Source: Tubulanus polymorphus
Lineage: Eukaryota > Animalia > Nemertea
Assembly (NCBI RefSeq): GCF_964204645.1
Contig: NC_134032.1
Span: forward strand, 13,194,275 to 13,258,274
Direction of reading: 5' to 3'
DNA: 64,000 nucleotides
The notes under the pieces: generated by a model
Told to the model about the DNA's origin: nothing
Databases searched by the model: none
What the model saw: the letters and a program-made list of their open reading frames with translations, nothing else
Program-made: the position numbers and the translations under genes
Shown: piece by piece, positions 12,317 through 25,855 of the stretch
Numbering within the stretch: position 1 is the first letter of the stretch
Layout: every line of letters begins with the position of its first letter

Positions 12317-15274
12317 TATTCATTACACAAAAAATTACCTCGAACCACTAAAAATTAATTTAATAAAATTTTTCCTAAATAAATGGAAGATTGTGTTGTG
12401 CCAAACTGTAGACATTCCGAAGAATTATTCAATAAACATATCCTGTATTCGTAAATGTCGTTTGTATCAGTGTCAGCGTCTTGGTCTAACCACTCATTTC
12501 GGGGAAGTTCCGGACCAACTATATAAGTTAAGGTTGGAGCCAAAATAATGGAAAATCTTCTCTCAAGTAAGTGACGGACTCGAAACGGTAAATCGTATTC
12601 GGGGGCACCCGTACGAATTCCACTGTTTTGGCGATTTCAGATTCGGCCAAAATATTGATCAACGTATGAAAGATTCTTGCATATGATTAACGACGCGAAC
12701 ATACACATACATTTCAATTTTCCAATTTCGTTCCGGAGCTGGGAAAATAATCAGTGCGAGTCGTCACTCAATAGAAAGAATTCGACTACGCATTACGTGC
12801 TTACCTCATTATAAGCTTATGTGGTAAATAAAGTTGATCCAAACTTTCATTTCAAATAATTTGAATTAAACGGATTCTATATCTACGTTGGCTAAATATC
12901 CATTCGATGGATGTAGCCTAGCTCTAGTGTCGATGAATCCCATGACGGGGTAAGTTCTACAAGACAAAATCTAAACTGAGCTAAAATCTCGAATGTGAAC
13001 CATACAATCGAATAGAATCGTTTATTTCTCACTAAGCAAACTTGGCACATGTAGAAGATACAAGAATCGATACGATAGAAATTTATAATTTACAAAACTT
13101 TAAAAACAAACGAAAATGAAAAATAGGATAGAATTGATAACAGAGATAATATACGTATATGTACTTCAGTAATTTGAGGCCAACATTAACACATCTAGCG
13201 AGTTAAGCGGTTATTAGGATATCACTATTTGCAGCATTAAGTAATTAGATAGTGTCAGGTCTATTATGAACCTCTCGCCCCTGAAAGTATATATGGAATC
13301 GAAACGAAACGACTGTTGACACATTGTTTTATATCATTAATACATGTTACCTTCATATTTTTCTACTCGTAACCGAAGGTCAATATCATTGACGTGCAAA
13401 CGGAAACCGATATTACAGCAGCAATTAGCTTGTACTTATAATATAAAATGTGAGTGCGAAAAAAAGTACAACGTTTCAAATTTCGAAAGCACTCGACATT
13501 ACATTATAGTCTCTATACGTAAACGGGAAGCAATTGACACTTTTTTCGCGATCTTTCATATGCGTGCGAAAGTAAATAGAATAAATGCTGAATAAACTTC
13601 AAAGAAAATAGATGGATCGGAAATGTACGGTTAACAGATTTTGTTGGTCATTGCTCCGCGTTGCGTTCTATCGCTGATTGAAAAGTCTATAAAGCTGTCA
13701 CACGTGATACCTGAAATACGTCGATCACTCGTTGTTTACTGCAGTTCTTAGTGAATGTGAATGTTTTTTCATCGTTAAGATTACGAATCAGGTAAGCCGA
13801 AATGCGCTGACGGGGCCCATTTTACCCGAAAGACTTAACAGTTTTTATAGATCTTTTAAAGTATGTGGTCGTGAACTTTGAAATGCCTTCCACTGATTTG
13901 AAATGATAGAAAATTCGACGGTTTTTAAATTGATACCATGTCTATAGGTCTAAATGATTAGTAAAGAATAAATAGTTTCAAGTCGGAAATAGGTGTAGGT
14001 CTCGCGTTTGACAGTCGAGATTATACTTGGTACTTTGGAACTCATTTTATAATTTACATTCAAAGTATATTGAAAATTCGGCTCTTCGCTCACAGTCGGA
14101 GTTGTAGAAAATCTCGAAGTCACATAAACATCGCACCACTTATTGTGATTTATGGTACCAATAAAACCAAAATGAGACATCTTGATTCGAGAAAATAATG
14201 TTCACTAATTATTCAATATTTCTCATTCTTTTTATTTCATTGACTTCGATTACAAATCTACCACACCTGCCGGGAAAGAAACAGGGGGTTTGGTTTTGAA
14301 ATCGAAAATCGAAAGTCGAGCACAGATTAAGTTGGATGATCGGTCCAATTTACTTGGAAATTTTGGTACCGGTACAATCTTCTAAGCAGCCTGAACCGGC
14401 AAGCGACTGATTAGCGTTATATGTCTTGTTCATGATACATGTATTTCAGTTATTATGTGAACGTAATCCCGAATGCCTTGTTATTTTCTATATCGAAAAT
14501 AAAACCAATTTTCTGTTCTTAAAAACGATCAATGTGACACCGACCGGCTGCCATCTCTCGATTATTCATTATTGATTAACATTATTTTACCGTTGCGTTC
14601 ATACAATGCGATATATAGGCACGGTACATGCAAGTTTGCGCTGTTACATTTGCCAATAACGGATAACATGAAATGTAAGAACAAGCCAGCGAGTATGGTA
14701 CGAATAAAGCCGGTGCTTGTGCCGGTGCAAGAGTTATATAAGAAAAAAAAAGAAGAAAAACTTAGAGGAAGTAATGAAACATATTATGTTAAAATACAAT
14801 GACAGCATCTATCTATATCTTAAAGTGAGTAGTAAGTTCGACGGTTCTTAATCAAAGAGAAATGATTTGATGAAGAGCCATATATCGAATAAAGAAATAA
14901 AGAAATATCCATGTTGAATGACATAGAATGTTCGATTAAATTAGTAGACAGCTAAAAGTAACTTTCAGATTTAAGATGAAAGGGATATGCATTTCAAATA
15001 CCATAGGACCTTGAATTTCAAGACTGTATTTTCTTGATTAACGCTGTATCGTTCTGGAATTATGTTTGAATTTTTTTAATCTAGTTTCTCGGGCCAATGC
15101 CCAAGGCGCCTATCTTTTGAACTTTATTTTATGTAGGAACATCGACAGGTTTTGCGAATAACCTGGCTTATTCATAAAGTTAGCAACTGTGTTTAGGCTG
15201 GGATTGGTGGATATATTAGCAGGGAGTAGTTCACTTCTTTCTCTGTTGTAAAAGGGACATATACATAGAACATG

Positions 15275-15933
15275 GTTATGACCGCGGCATTTCACTCTCA
15301 AAGAGCCAGTATCAACAACAATTTAATTGATACTTACAGCTTTAAGTGGTCAAACTCACACTGAGCATCGCTGCTTCGCTGGACCCCAGCTGCTTGTTAC
15401 TATGGTTACAGGCAAGAGTGAATAAAGAGCAAAACTTTTCCACACTTAATCCAAGAAAATGAAGTAATAAGCAATGAAAATTCAGTTTTGAAGTCTTGTT
15501 GCATTCAAGAGTGAATATTTTCGCTGGATGCTGAAGTCAGTGTTTACATTATGAAGTGTCAAAACCAATTTCCAAGTTGAAAGATTATATTTAGACGGTG
15601 TTTCAAGCAAAACAACAGCACTCGACTTATGAGATGATTCCAGATTATATATGCTCACACTCTGAGGAGTTTATAGATGTACAAAATCAATCAGATTGAA
15701 TTTGCCACATGACATGATTATTCCCAAAATGAAACTAAAAAATTCAAGAAAGGATTTTGTAAAATTGTAAAAATTGGAATTTTATATCCTTTAATGAATG
15801 GCCAGGATGGTATATTATTCACTCTTGAATGCAGTAGTCGCTTGACCTCAATTACTCGTAAGGCTGAGTGATAGAAACCACAGGGATCCCGATATGTTAG
15901 TGTAACAACTCTTTGATGCGCCGCGGTCATAAC
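15275..15933. mobile_element. Non-autonomous inverted-repeat element, copy in unit 2
   Basis: Same 14-bp inverted ends as 6427-7084. Confidence 0.65.
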
Positions 15934-16612
15934 TACTGGGATAGACTTTACACGCAGATCAATGATAATGTACCGTCTTCCTAGAGATTTACGAAAAAGT
16001 ACACTCATTTTAGACGGTTGCCGACCTAACTCAGGTTACGATTCGTTATAACGACTGGAGCATTATCAGAACGCATGAAACACTGGCCATTTATTCTCCT
16101 CATTTCGTTATTCTCCTTATTATCGAGGTGATGAAAATCAGCAGAATATTGTAATGTACTCTAATTAACGAAATAACTGCGCTCCTTCAGATATAAACTC
16201 TATCAGACGTCACAGTTTGGATGCAATGTACACGTTTGTACGAAGTGAGGTAATATCGAATTTACGCCTCAATGCCACCCGACGCTTAACTGGCCCTTTT
16301 AATCTCGACGACTTATGTATCGAATTTGTTGATAGTTTCGAACGCGATGCGTGTGACACGAGGGTACTCGACATTGTGTTGCGCGATGGTAGGGTAACGA
16401 ATATCAATCATTTAGCTTTCGTTTTTACATAAAGGTAGATGTACCGTACATATTTCGTATTGGAATGAAACTGGGGTGAAGGACGGAGAGGCCGATGTAT
16501 AAACTGGGCTATTAATGTTTCATCCCGTCACGAGAAGCGAGGTATAAACCTTTATAGTCATATGTTTGATTTCTTTTTCATTTTCTTTTATCCAACAGGT
16601 GAACAAAGAATA

Positions 16613-18538
16613 ATGACCGATTGTCAAAGATCTCCGCTGAAAATCTGCACTATAGTTGTCAGTATTTTAGCAGTAGGTTCTTTGCTGTTTTCCTACACGC
16701 AATTCGAGATTTCTAATTTGACTAAGCATAATTCGCTAGCTGGAGTAGTCTATAAATACATTACGGTAAGATCAAATGCGCTAATGGTCTATCCACTGGA
16801 CGTCAAAGAACCGGACTCACCGGAAATACCGTGTACAATGCGAAAAACTAAATATTCCGGGTCGACTCCAATATGCGTTTACAAAGCGACAGTTGACACA
16901 GTCGTGTCCAAGGCTATATTGATAAACGGGGCTTGGGAACCTCACCTAACCGAACTTATGGAGGAACTTTTCCGTCGCGATCCTAATTTGAACTTGTTCG
17001 ATTTCGGGTCGAATGTCGGCTCCTTCGCGATAACGGCGCTAAAAAGCGGTCGTAAAGTCGTCGCGGTCGATCCTAAAGCGGGGAACCTGCGCCGAATCAG
17101 AATGTCGATTCATAAAGGTCATCTGACCGGCGCGGTTTTAGTACAGAACGGTTTATCGGACTTCCGAACAACGGCGACTTTTCACCAAGACCCTGGAAAC
17201 AACGGCGGGTCATACCTCACCGATAGTAAACTGAATAACACACACGGTATAATAGCAAAAGTGAAATTTCAAGTTAAAACAATTCTAGTGACCGATTTGA
17301 TTCCAGTGATTAGATTTAAACGAGCTATGATTAAAATTGATATTCAGGGTTTCGAACTGAAGGCGTTTCAACATCTCGAGTCGTTTTTAAAAACGGTAGA
17401 TATTCCGTTTATACTGATGGAATGGATCTGGGTGAAGGTCGGAGAGACTGGTAAACGTATGGTAGCGCTGATGTATAAACTGGGCTATCAATGTTTTCAA
17501 ACCGCTCTGAACGGCGCTCGATGTCCGGGTAACGACCACACTAAATGGCCGTATGACGTAGTTTGGGTGAGAACTGATGCCACTGTTTACCCTGGAGCAT
17601 ATGAAGCTATTCGTATTTGGAACGGGAAGCCACCAGTCACACATATAACGACAGCTTCTCCAATAAACGGCGTCGCAATCGTCTATCCGCTCAACATCAA
17701 AGAACCAGACTCGCCGGAAATACCGTGTACAGCGCGTAAAACCAAATATTCCGGGGTGACTCCAATATGTGTTTATAACGCAACAGTTGATACGGTCGTG
17801 TCTAAGGCTATATTGATAAACGGGGCTTGGGAACCTCACCTAACCGAACTTATGGAGGAACTTTTCCGTCGCGATCCTAATTTGAACTTACTCGATTTCG
17901 GGTCGAATGTCGGCTCCTTCGCGATAACGGCGCTAAAAAGCGGTCGTAAAGTCGTCGCGGTCGATCCTAAAGCGGGGAACCTGCGCCGAATCAGAATGTC
18001 GATTCATAAAGGTCATCTGACCGGCGCGGTTTTAGTACAGAACGGTTTATCGGACTTCCGAACAACGGCGACTTTTCACCAAGACCCCGGAAACAACGGC
18101 GGGTCATACCTCACCGATACTAAACTGAATGACACACACGGTATAATAGCAAAAGTGAAATTTCAAGTTAAAACAATTCTAGTGACCGATTTGATTCCAG
18201 TGATTAGATTTAAACGAGCTATGATTAAGATTGATATTCAGGGTTTCGAACTGAAGGCGTTTCAACATCTCGAGTCGTTTTTAAAAACGGTAGATATTCC
18301 GTTTATACTGATGGAATGGATCTGGGTGAAGGTCGGAGAGACTGGTAAACGTATGGTAGCGCTGATGTATAAACTGGGCTATCAATGTTTCATTCCATCA
18401 ATAAATGGAGCTGCGTGTCCGGGTAATGACCACACTAAATGGCCGTATGACATAGTTTGGGTGAGAACTAATGCCACTGTTTACCCTGGAGCATATGAAG
18501 CTATTCGTATATGGAACGGGAAACCAAAACCTTCCTAG
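16613..18538 (+). CDS. FkbM-family methyltransferase, type II membrane anchor, 2 tandem catalytic modules (641 aa)
   Basis: Acceptor at 16598, ATG 16613. Exactly 894 bp longer than gene 1. Modules joined by KPPVTHITTASPINGVAIVYPL. Confidence 0.9.
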   Translation: MTDCQRSPLKICTIVVSILAVGSLLFSYTQFEISNLTKHNSLAGVVYKYITVRSNALMVYPLDVKEPDSPEIPCTMRKTKYSGSTPICVYKATVDTVVSKAILINGAWEPHLTELMEELFRRDPNLNLFDFGSNVGSFAITALKSGRKVVAVDPKAGNLRRIRMSIHKGHLTGAVLVQNGLSDFRTTATFHQDPGNNGGSYLTDSKLNNTHGIIAKVKFQVKTILVTDLIPVIRFKRAMIKIDIQGFELKAFQHLESFLKTVDIPFILMEWIWVKVGETGKRMVALMYKLGYQCFQTALNGARCPGNDHTKWPYDVVWVRTDATVYPGAYEAIRIWNGKPPVTHITTASPINGVAIVYPLNIKEPDSPEIPCTARKTKYSGVTPICVYNATVDTVVSKAILINGAWEPHLTELMEELFRRDPNLNLLDFGSNVGSFAITALKSGRKVVAVDPKAGNLRRIRMSIHKGHLTGAVLVQNGLSDFRTTATFHQDPGNNGGSYLTDTKLNDTHGIIAKVKFQVKTILVTDLIPVIRFKRAMIKIDIQGFELKAFQHLESFLKTVDIPFILMEWIWVKVGETGKRMVALMYKLGYQCFIPSINGAACPGNDHTKWPYDIVWVRTNATVYPGAYEAIRIWNGKPKPS

Positions 18539-18849
18539 AGAGAGATACCGGTCAGGTGTTCTTTGAATATATATTCTTGTACACAAATTTCGATTTATAT
18601 ACATCACGAAGCTAAAACTGCAATTTTTGCCAAGTGAAAATGATACATTAAATGATATCTGCGAGAAAACAGGCATTTTGCTGTCACCAATTTCTGACGT
18701 ACCATTCATGTATAGATTCAATACATCTGTCTCGATTTATATGAATGGTTGTTTGGTTAGCATGCATGGACGTATAAGCTAGATGAAGAAAGAACTCCAC
18801 AATGGTTATGATTATTTGACTTAATTCTATTCTTCCGGAAAAGCTGATT

Positions 18850-19763
18850 TCTTAAGCAGTTTTTTACAAAACAGCGGTTAGCGACAATAATGACAATTTA
18901 TTCCGCCTTAAATTTATATAAAATATCATCGTGTTTACAAGCAATTGGAATATCAGGGGTTCAGCCAGAGGTCGTGAGGTCAACACACCACTCGCCACCA
19001 CAACTAATTTTTTTTCTTATAAATGGGAGATAGAAAAGCATTCTTAGCGAAAATAAATAACAAAATATAACCAGCAAAAAACAATTTGAAATAAAAAAGT
19101 TAGCCGATGTTACAAAAGAAATTGAACATAAAATATTAAAATTAAAAAAGATAAAAACTAAATATGGAGAGAAAGTATCTGCAAATTTAAGTTACTGTAA
19201 TGTTAGTACTACACGAGAATTTAAAGTATTTGTACCTGATAAATGGGTTTCATTGAGTAAAGAGGAATTAACAGATTTAGAAGGATTTAAAATAATCTAT
19301 CATGGAAAAAATGAAGACGGTCATCATGATTTAGAAATTGTTGATTGAATAAAAAAAATTAAATAATAGAAATAATAAAATAATAAAATAATAAAATCAA
19401 TTAAATATCTAGAATCCGAAATGACCTATCTGGACAATTTAGTTGCTCCTCATAGATAAAAATTAACATTAAACATTATCAAAATAGTTTTTATAAGTAG
19501 TTTCTAATATATTTAATATAAAATAAGTTTTTCCGCAATTTGTTACACCAGAAATTAACATATTATGAGGTTCAAATATAAATAATTCTTTTGAACTAAA
19601 ATAAAACTTTTGATGTTTGTACAGCATCTTTTCTGGATAGTTGAAAACATACATAACGACTAAAAATATCAATTATATTTAATATCCACCAATAATCATC
19701 ATTATCTTTCCTTAGATTTTTCATATCAATCAAATCACCCTGCCACTGTTGATCTACATAATT
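18850..19763 (-). mobile_element. Maverick relic copy C, heavily deleted
   Basis: Keeps the broken 108-aa ORF, the ATPase Walker A region (19473-19600) and the integrase fragment. ~1.5 kb and ~2 kb deletions relative to copy A. Confidence 0.85.
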
Positions 19764-21264
19764 AACGTTTCAAACGTACAACGTTTCAAATTTCGAAAAC
19801 ACTCGTCATTACATTATAGTCTCTGTACGTAAACGGGAAGCAATTGACACTTTTTTCGCGATCTTTCATATGCGTGCGAAAGTAAATAGAATAAATGCTG
19901 AATAAACTTCAAAGAAAATAGATGGATCGGAAATGTACGGTTAACAGATTTTGTTGTTAAATCTACAATATTGTTGGTCTTTTACATACACTCCCAGGCG
20001 GGCCAATGTGCGTTTAACCTACGAGCAATCATCTCAACCTAGGATAATTCAGATGGTTCAGATATTTGCTCGTAGGTTTAACTATTGTCGCATTGTTTGA
20101 ATGAATTCCCAGTGTAGGAGGACTGTGTGGGCCTGTTTGATTTTTGATGTGCCTGTTCAGGTGTTCAGATACGTCGTTTCACAAGGCATAACGCATCAGT
20201 TTGATCAGAGTTTTGTTCTATATAAAAAACAATTCAACTTAATCAAATAATCTGCACAGTCACCCGAGTTATACATGCTGAATAAACACTGGGGATTTCT
20301 CGTCTTGAAAAGTCTATAAAGCTGTCACACGTGATACCATAAATACGTCAATCACTCGTTGTTTACTGCAGTTCTTAGTGAATGTTTTCATCGTTAAGAT
20401 TACGAATCAGGTAAGCCGGAATGCGCTGACGGGGCCCATTTTACCCGAAAGACTTAACAGTTTTTATAGATCTTTTAAAGTATGTGGTCGTGAACTTTGA
20501 AATGCCTTCCACTGATTTGAAATGATAGAAAATTCGACGGTTTTTAAATTGATACCATGTCTATAGGTCTAAATGATTAGTAAAGAATAAATAGTTTCAA
20601 GTCGAAAATAGGTGTAGGTCTCACGTTTGACAGTCGAGATTATACTTAGTACTTTGGAACTCATTTTATAATTTACATTCAAAGTATATTGAAAATTCGG
20701 CTCTTCGCTCACAGTCGGAGTGTTTCCCAAGTTGTAGAAAATTTCGAAGTCACATAAACATCGCACCACTTATTGTGATTTATGGTACCAATAAAACCAA
20801 AATGAGACATCTTGATTCAATATTTCTCATTCTTTTTATTTCATTGACTTCGATTACCAATCTACCACACCTGCCGGGAAAGAAACAGGGGGTTTGGTTT
20901 TGAAATCGAAAATCGAAAGTCGAGTACAGATTAAGTTGGATGATCGGTCCAATTTACTTGGAAATTTTGGTCCCGGTTCAATCTTCTAAGCAGCCTGAAC
21001 CGGCAAGCGACTGATTAGCGTTATATGTCTTGTTCATGAAACATGTATTTCAGTTATTATGTGAACGTAATTCCGAATGCCTTGTTATTTTCTATATCGA
21101 AAATAAAACCAATTTTCTGTTCTTAAAAACGATCAATTTGACACCGACCGGCAGCCATCTCTCGATTATTCATTATTGATTAACATTATTTTACCGTTGC
21201 ATTCATACAATGCGATGTATAGGTACGGTACATGCAAGTTTGCGCTGTTACATATGCCAATAAC

Positions 21265-23714
21265 AGTTGCTAATAAAACGCTAAAATCGTTGAAACCAGG
21301 TAGCAAAGGTAATAGGAGAAAATATAAACAGAAGTGGTTTGATAATTCTTGCTTAGCGGCCAGACGTTCTTTGAAGAAAAAAGCTAGAAACTTAGCTGCA
21401 GCAAATAGTATTAGTGATATCGATCACAGTAGATTAGCAGATTATTATGGTTCAAAAAAGTCGTATAAAAACCTACTTAGATCTAAGAAAAAAGCTTATA
21501 CTGACAAAATAATAGGCGACATTAGCAAATTAAACGGCTCCAATAATGGCAGTAAAACTTTCTGGAAATTGGTCAACAACCTTAAGAATCCCGCTAACAA
21601 ATGTTCTTCAAGTATCAGCATGGATGAGTGGTATAACTATTTCAAGTCACTTAGTTCTCCTAACATTAACGCTGGATCTACGTCGTCTTGTCTAAAAGAA
21701 TACCTCAAACATCTTGAAGAGCAACCATCAACATTCGGTATTCTGGATTTTAAAATTACTGAGGATGAAATTTTGCGAGCTTCTAGAAAACTGAAACCTA
21801 ACAAAGCATCTGGTTTGGTTTCTATTTTGAATGAATTGTTAAAATGTAGTATTGATATCATGATGCAGCCACTTTTAAAAGTTTTTAATGCCATATTAAC
21901 TTTTGGAAAGTATCCGGAGGAATGGTCGAGAGGGATTATAATTCCGCTATTTAAAAAGGGTAATAAAGACGATGTGTCCTGTTATAGAGGTATAACTATA
22001 ACAAGTAATTTAAGTAAACTTTTTTGTATCATTTTAAACGAACGTCTGACATCCTATGTAAAAGATAATGGTATCCTTTCGGTGAACCAGATAGGTTTTC
22101 AAAAAAAGTCAAGAACTGCTGATCACCTTTTTACCCTTAAGCATCTGATTGATAAAAATACCCAGAAACGTAAACAGAAATTTTTCTGTGCATTTATTGA
22201 TTTCTGGCGTGCCTTTGATAGCGTTATTCACGATGCTCTTATGATTAAGTTGGTGAAATGTGGTATCAGTGGTCATTTTTATGATGTGATAAAGGATACG
22301 TATAGTAGCGCTGTCTCCCAAGTCCAGTGCGATACAGGTTTATCTCAAGAATTTCCTGTTAAAATTGGTGTTCACCAAGGCAATATTTTAAGCCCTTTAC
22401 TTTTTAACTTATTTATAAATGATATAAACCAGCTTTTCTTGGACTGTGACGTTCCTGTTTTATATGATCGTATCGTACCCTGTCTCATGTATGCCGATGA
22501 TCTTATTTTATTTTCGCACTCGAGCAAAGGCCTAAAAAAGTCCTTAGCTAAGCTTGAGCTTTATTGTAAATTCTGGGGGCTGGAAGTAAATGTTCCTAAA
22601 TCGTGTATTGTTGAATTCAACAAAGCAGGTAAATTAGACTGCACAAATAGCTACATTTTTAACGATGATGTTATAGATTGTGTTAAAAGTTGCAACTATC
22701 TGGGTTTCAACATCCATTGTAATGGCAAATTCAATCTGCTACAAGACTCACTGTTGAGTAAGGGTTTAAGAGGGCTTTTCAATCTAACTAAAATGCCTGG
22801 TTTCAAGGATTTATGTATTCTACAACAACTACAGCTTTTTAACAGTTTACTCAAACCGATAGTTATGTATGGTAGTGAAGTTTGGGGAGTTGTGCCCTAT
22901 ATGCCATTTCTAAAGAAACCAAATGGGTCACTCACGGATATGGGTTTACCATAACAAATGGGTAGTGCAAAAGCTGCAGTCAAGATTTTTTAGGTTCATA
23001 ATGGGTCTTCATTCTAAGGCTCCAATTTTACCTATTCTTGGTGATTTGGGAGAGGTTCCACTTTATATTGAGATTACTATGTCAGCTTTGAAGTACTGGA
23101 GGTCAGTTATGTCGTCGGGTAATAGCAAATCATTGATCTACTTGTCTTTTCTAGAACAATATGAAGATGACAGGGAGGGCAAATTCAATTATATATCTAC
23201 CGTTAAATCAATTCTATAAAATTTAGGGTACTCAAATGTTTGGAACAACTTGGGGCATTATTCGAATAGCATTATTCTGGGTATTAGAAAGCGTCTGTCA
23301 GCTATCTTTGTGGATCTCTGGCATAAGGACATAAGATCAAGTGATCATTCCCGTTATAATTTTTATAAAGCAGTTAAAGTGAGTTTTAAGTTAGAAAAGT
23401 ATATATTAGTGCTAAAAGGATTTAACCTCAGAAATGCTGTTGCTAAATTACGGACGTCTACTCACAGCTTAATTATTGAAAAAGGTAGACACCGCGGTAT
23501 AGAAAAGGAAAATCGTTTGTGCAATATTTGTAATGTGTTGGACGATGAATGTCACTTTTTGTTCCATTGTAAAAGAGTTGCCAATCTGAGAAAGGAATTA
23601 AATATAGCTATCTTAGACGTTAATAGTTTAATCTCCACTTTCGACAACCTAAACCCTACAACCAGCATTGTTCAGCTAGCCAAATTTATTAAACTCGGTC
23701 TGCCATTGTCCTAA
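21265..23714 (+). pseudogene. Reverse transcriptase ORF2 of the LINE (no endonuclease; frameshift near 22930, stop at 23217-23219)
   Basis: ORFs 21176-22954, 22923-23219 and 23250-23714 join into one RT plus CCHC protein. Confidence 0.9.
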
Positions 23715-23911
23715 TTTTTCTTCGTTTAATGTTCTGTATATTTTCAATTATGTTTTAACTCATCTGTAATTAGTGTTAATCATGCTTCATTTTATTATTT
23801 GTTTATCTCCTATTATGTATATACTTGATTTTACCGAATTTGTATCAGTTGCAAACAATGTTTTATTAATGTTTATGCTGAATAAAGATTGAATTGAATT
23901 GAATTGAATTA
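21265..23911 (+). mobile_element. 5'-truncated non-LTR retrotransposon (LINE, RTEX-like) in the intron of FkbM gene 3
   Basis: TSD GCCAATAAC at 21256-21264 and 23912-23920; empty sites in units 1 and 2. RT motifs YRGIT, QIGF, FIDF, GVHQG.ILSPLLF, YADD, YLG. C-terminal CNIC...HFLFHC. AATAAA at 23881 and (TTGAA)n tail. Confidence 0.93.
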
Positions 23912-24936
23912 GCCAATAACGGATAACATGAAATGTAAGAACAAGCCAGCGAGTATGGTACGAATAAAGCCGGTGCTTGTGCCGGTGCAAGAGTTATATA
24001 AGAAAAAAGAAAAGAAAAACTTAGAGGAAGTAATGAAACATATTATGTTAAAATACAATGACAGCATCTATCTATATCTTTGATCTTAAAATAGGGATTG
24101 TCCCCATTATTTACTTATTTGGCTGGTAAATTTTGTTTGATTTTTTCGATTGAGTGTCCCTTACAGACCCACCACACCTGCCGGGAGCGAAACAGGGGGT
24201 TTGATTTTGAAATCGGAAATCGAAGTACAGATATAGATGTGTGATCGGCGGTCGAGTTAACAGAATATTTTAAAATCGAAGTACATAATTGGAACTTCGG
24301 TTCCGGTTCATCCAAACAATCTTCCAATCTATATCTTAAAGTGAGTATTCGACGGTTCTTAATCAAAGAGAAATGATTTGATGAAGAGCCATATATCGAA
24401 TAAAGAAATAAAGAAATATCCATGTTGAATGACATAGAATGTTCGATTAAATTAGTAGACGGCTAAAAGTAACTTTCAGATTTAAGATGAAAGGGATATG
24501 CATTTCAAATACCATAGGACCTTGAATTTCAAGACTGTATTTTCTTGATTAACGCTGTATCGTTCTGGAATTATGTTTGAATTTTTTTCACTAGACCGGG
24601 TTCTGTAAGTTGATTTAGAGTTGTTTGAAAAACATTCTGTGAAGATTTGGGGAGCATCATTGTTATAACATCGGTGACAAATAGGAGCGACACTTTTAAG
24701 GACGTACATGTGATGATATGAAATGGTGTATCTTTTCATATATATCTAGATAGATATAATTAATGAATAAGCTATGTACATCAAAAGTGTTAATATTAAA
24801 TGACATACCAAAAATTGATTCCACTTTAGGCTAACAGAAATTGATACATTTTTTCTTATTTTCTGCTTTAAAGTTGACCCGGCCGGCCCCCTATCTACCT
24901 TGTACGATATTTATTTTTCAAATCACAATCAATCTA

Positions 24937-25435
24937 CTGTCTGTCACACCTACTCTCCGTGCGACGTTTTGGTCCGTAATTTCGTTAATAATCGGTTTAT
25001 CTACCTTTATTATGCGTCAATTTGTTCAGTGAGGAATTTGCATTCAGAAATAAACAACAATTTTCACTTAAGTTGTTTTTTTTTCATTTATGAGCGATAG
25101 TTTACTCAGCATACGCTCGCGTAATGCTGAAAAATCCGCTCCGCGGACGCTCGGAAACGTTACAGTGACGTCATCACCTGCTCATTAGCATATCAAAATA
25201 CAGTAGGTGGCGCCACATGATGGGCCATAAAAGCCGTTTTTCAGCATTACGCGAGCGTATGCTAGGTAAACTATCGCTGATAGAAGAAAACACAAACAAA
25301 TTTATGCCAGTTCATGATTTATTTCTGAATGCAAATTCCTTACTGAACAAATTGATGCATAATATTTACAGATCAACCGATTATTAACGAAATTACGAAC
25401 CAAAACGTCGCACGAAGAGCATGTGTGACAGACAG
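24937..25435. mobile_element. MITE with ~200-bp imperfect TIRs and TA TSD (Tc1/mariner-like)
   Basis: TA|CTGTCTGTCACAC ... GTGTGACAGACAG|TA, with inner arms CAGCATACGCTCGCGTAATGCTGAAAA and its inverse. Confidence 0.85.
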
Positions 25436-25589
25436 TAACCATAACCGACCCTGCAGTTATAGAAATGAACTGGAAATAACCGTTTAGCCCCCAGGATTTG
25501 TAATATAACAGTACTAATAATGATGATATTCAGTTCGCTGATGGTATTCAGTTACTAATCTAGTTTCTCGGGCCAATGCCCCAGGGGCC

Positions 25590-25855
25590 TATCTTTTGAA
25601 CTTTATTCTATGTAGGAACATCGACAGGTTTTGCGACTAACCTGGCTTATTCATAAAAGTTAGCAACTGTGTTTAGGCTGGGATTGGTGAATATATTAGC
25701 AGGGAGTAGTTCACTTCTTTCTCCGTTGTAAAAAGGACATATACATAGAACATGGAATTCATCTTCGATCACTTGTAAATTACAAAATAGGCAGATTCTG
25801 TCAGTATATGGTGTAGGGGGCGCGCCCATCGTCCGGTTTCTACACGCAGATCAAT
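25590..25855 (-). mobile_element. Old LINE 3' remnant (CCHC region)
   Basis: DLRVETGRW...DRICLFCNLQVIEDEFHVLCICPFY. Interrupted copies at ~6290-6426 and ~15110-15274. Confidence 0.75.

Larger units (their letters stand above)
9105..12370 (-). mobile_element. Decayed Maverick/Polinton relic, copy B (most complete)
   Basis: Same content as copy A at offset ~9589, plus ORF 9278-9604 and a possible PLA2 fragment at the left end. Confidence 0.85.

Noticed and set aside
1-12370. Active or complete Maverick
   Set aside because: No pPolB, major capsid, protease or terminal inverted repeats seen; core genes carry stops and deletions.
21176-21264. First 30 codons of the 592-aa RT ORF as a host-LINE fusion protein
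   Set aside because: Flanking intron sequence upstream of the TSD, non-ATG start, open by chance.
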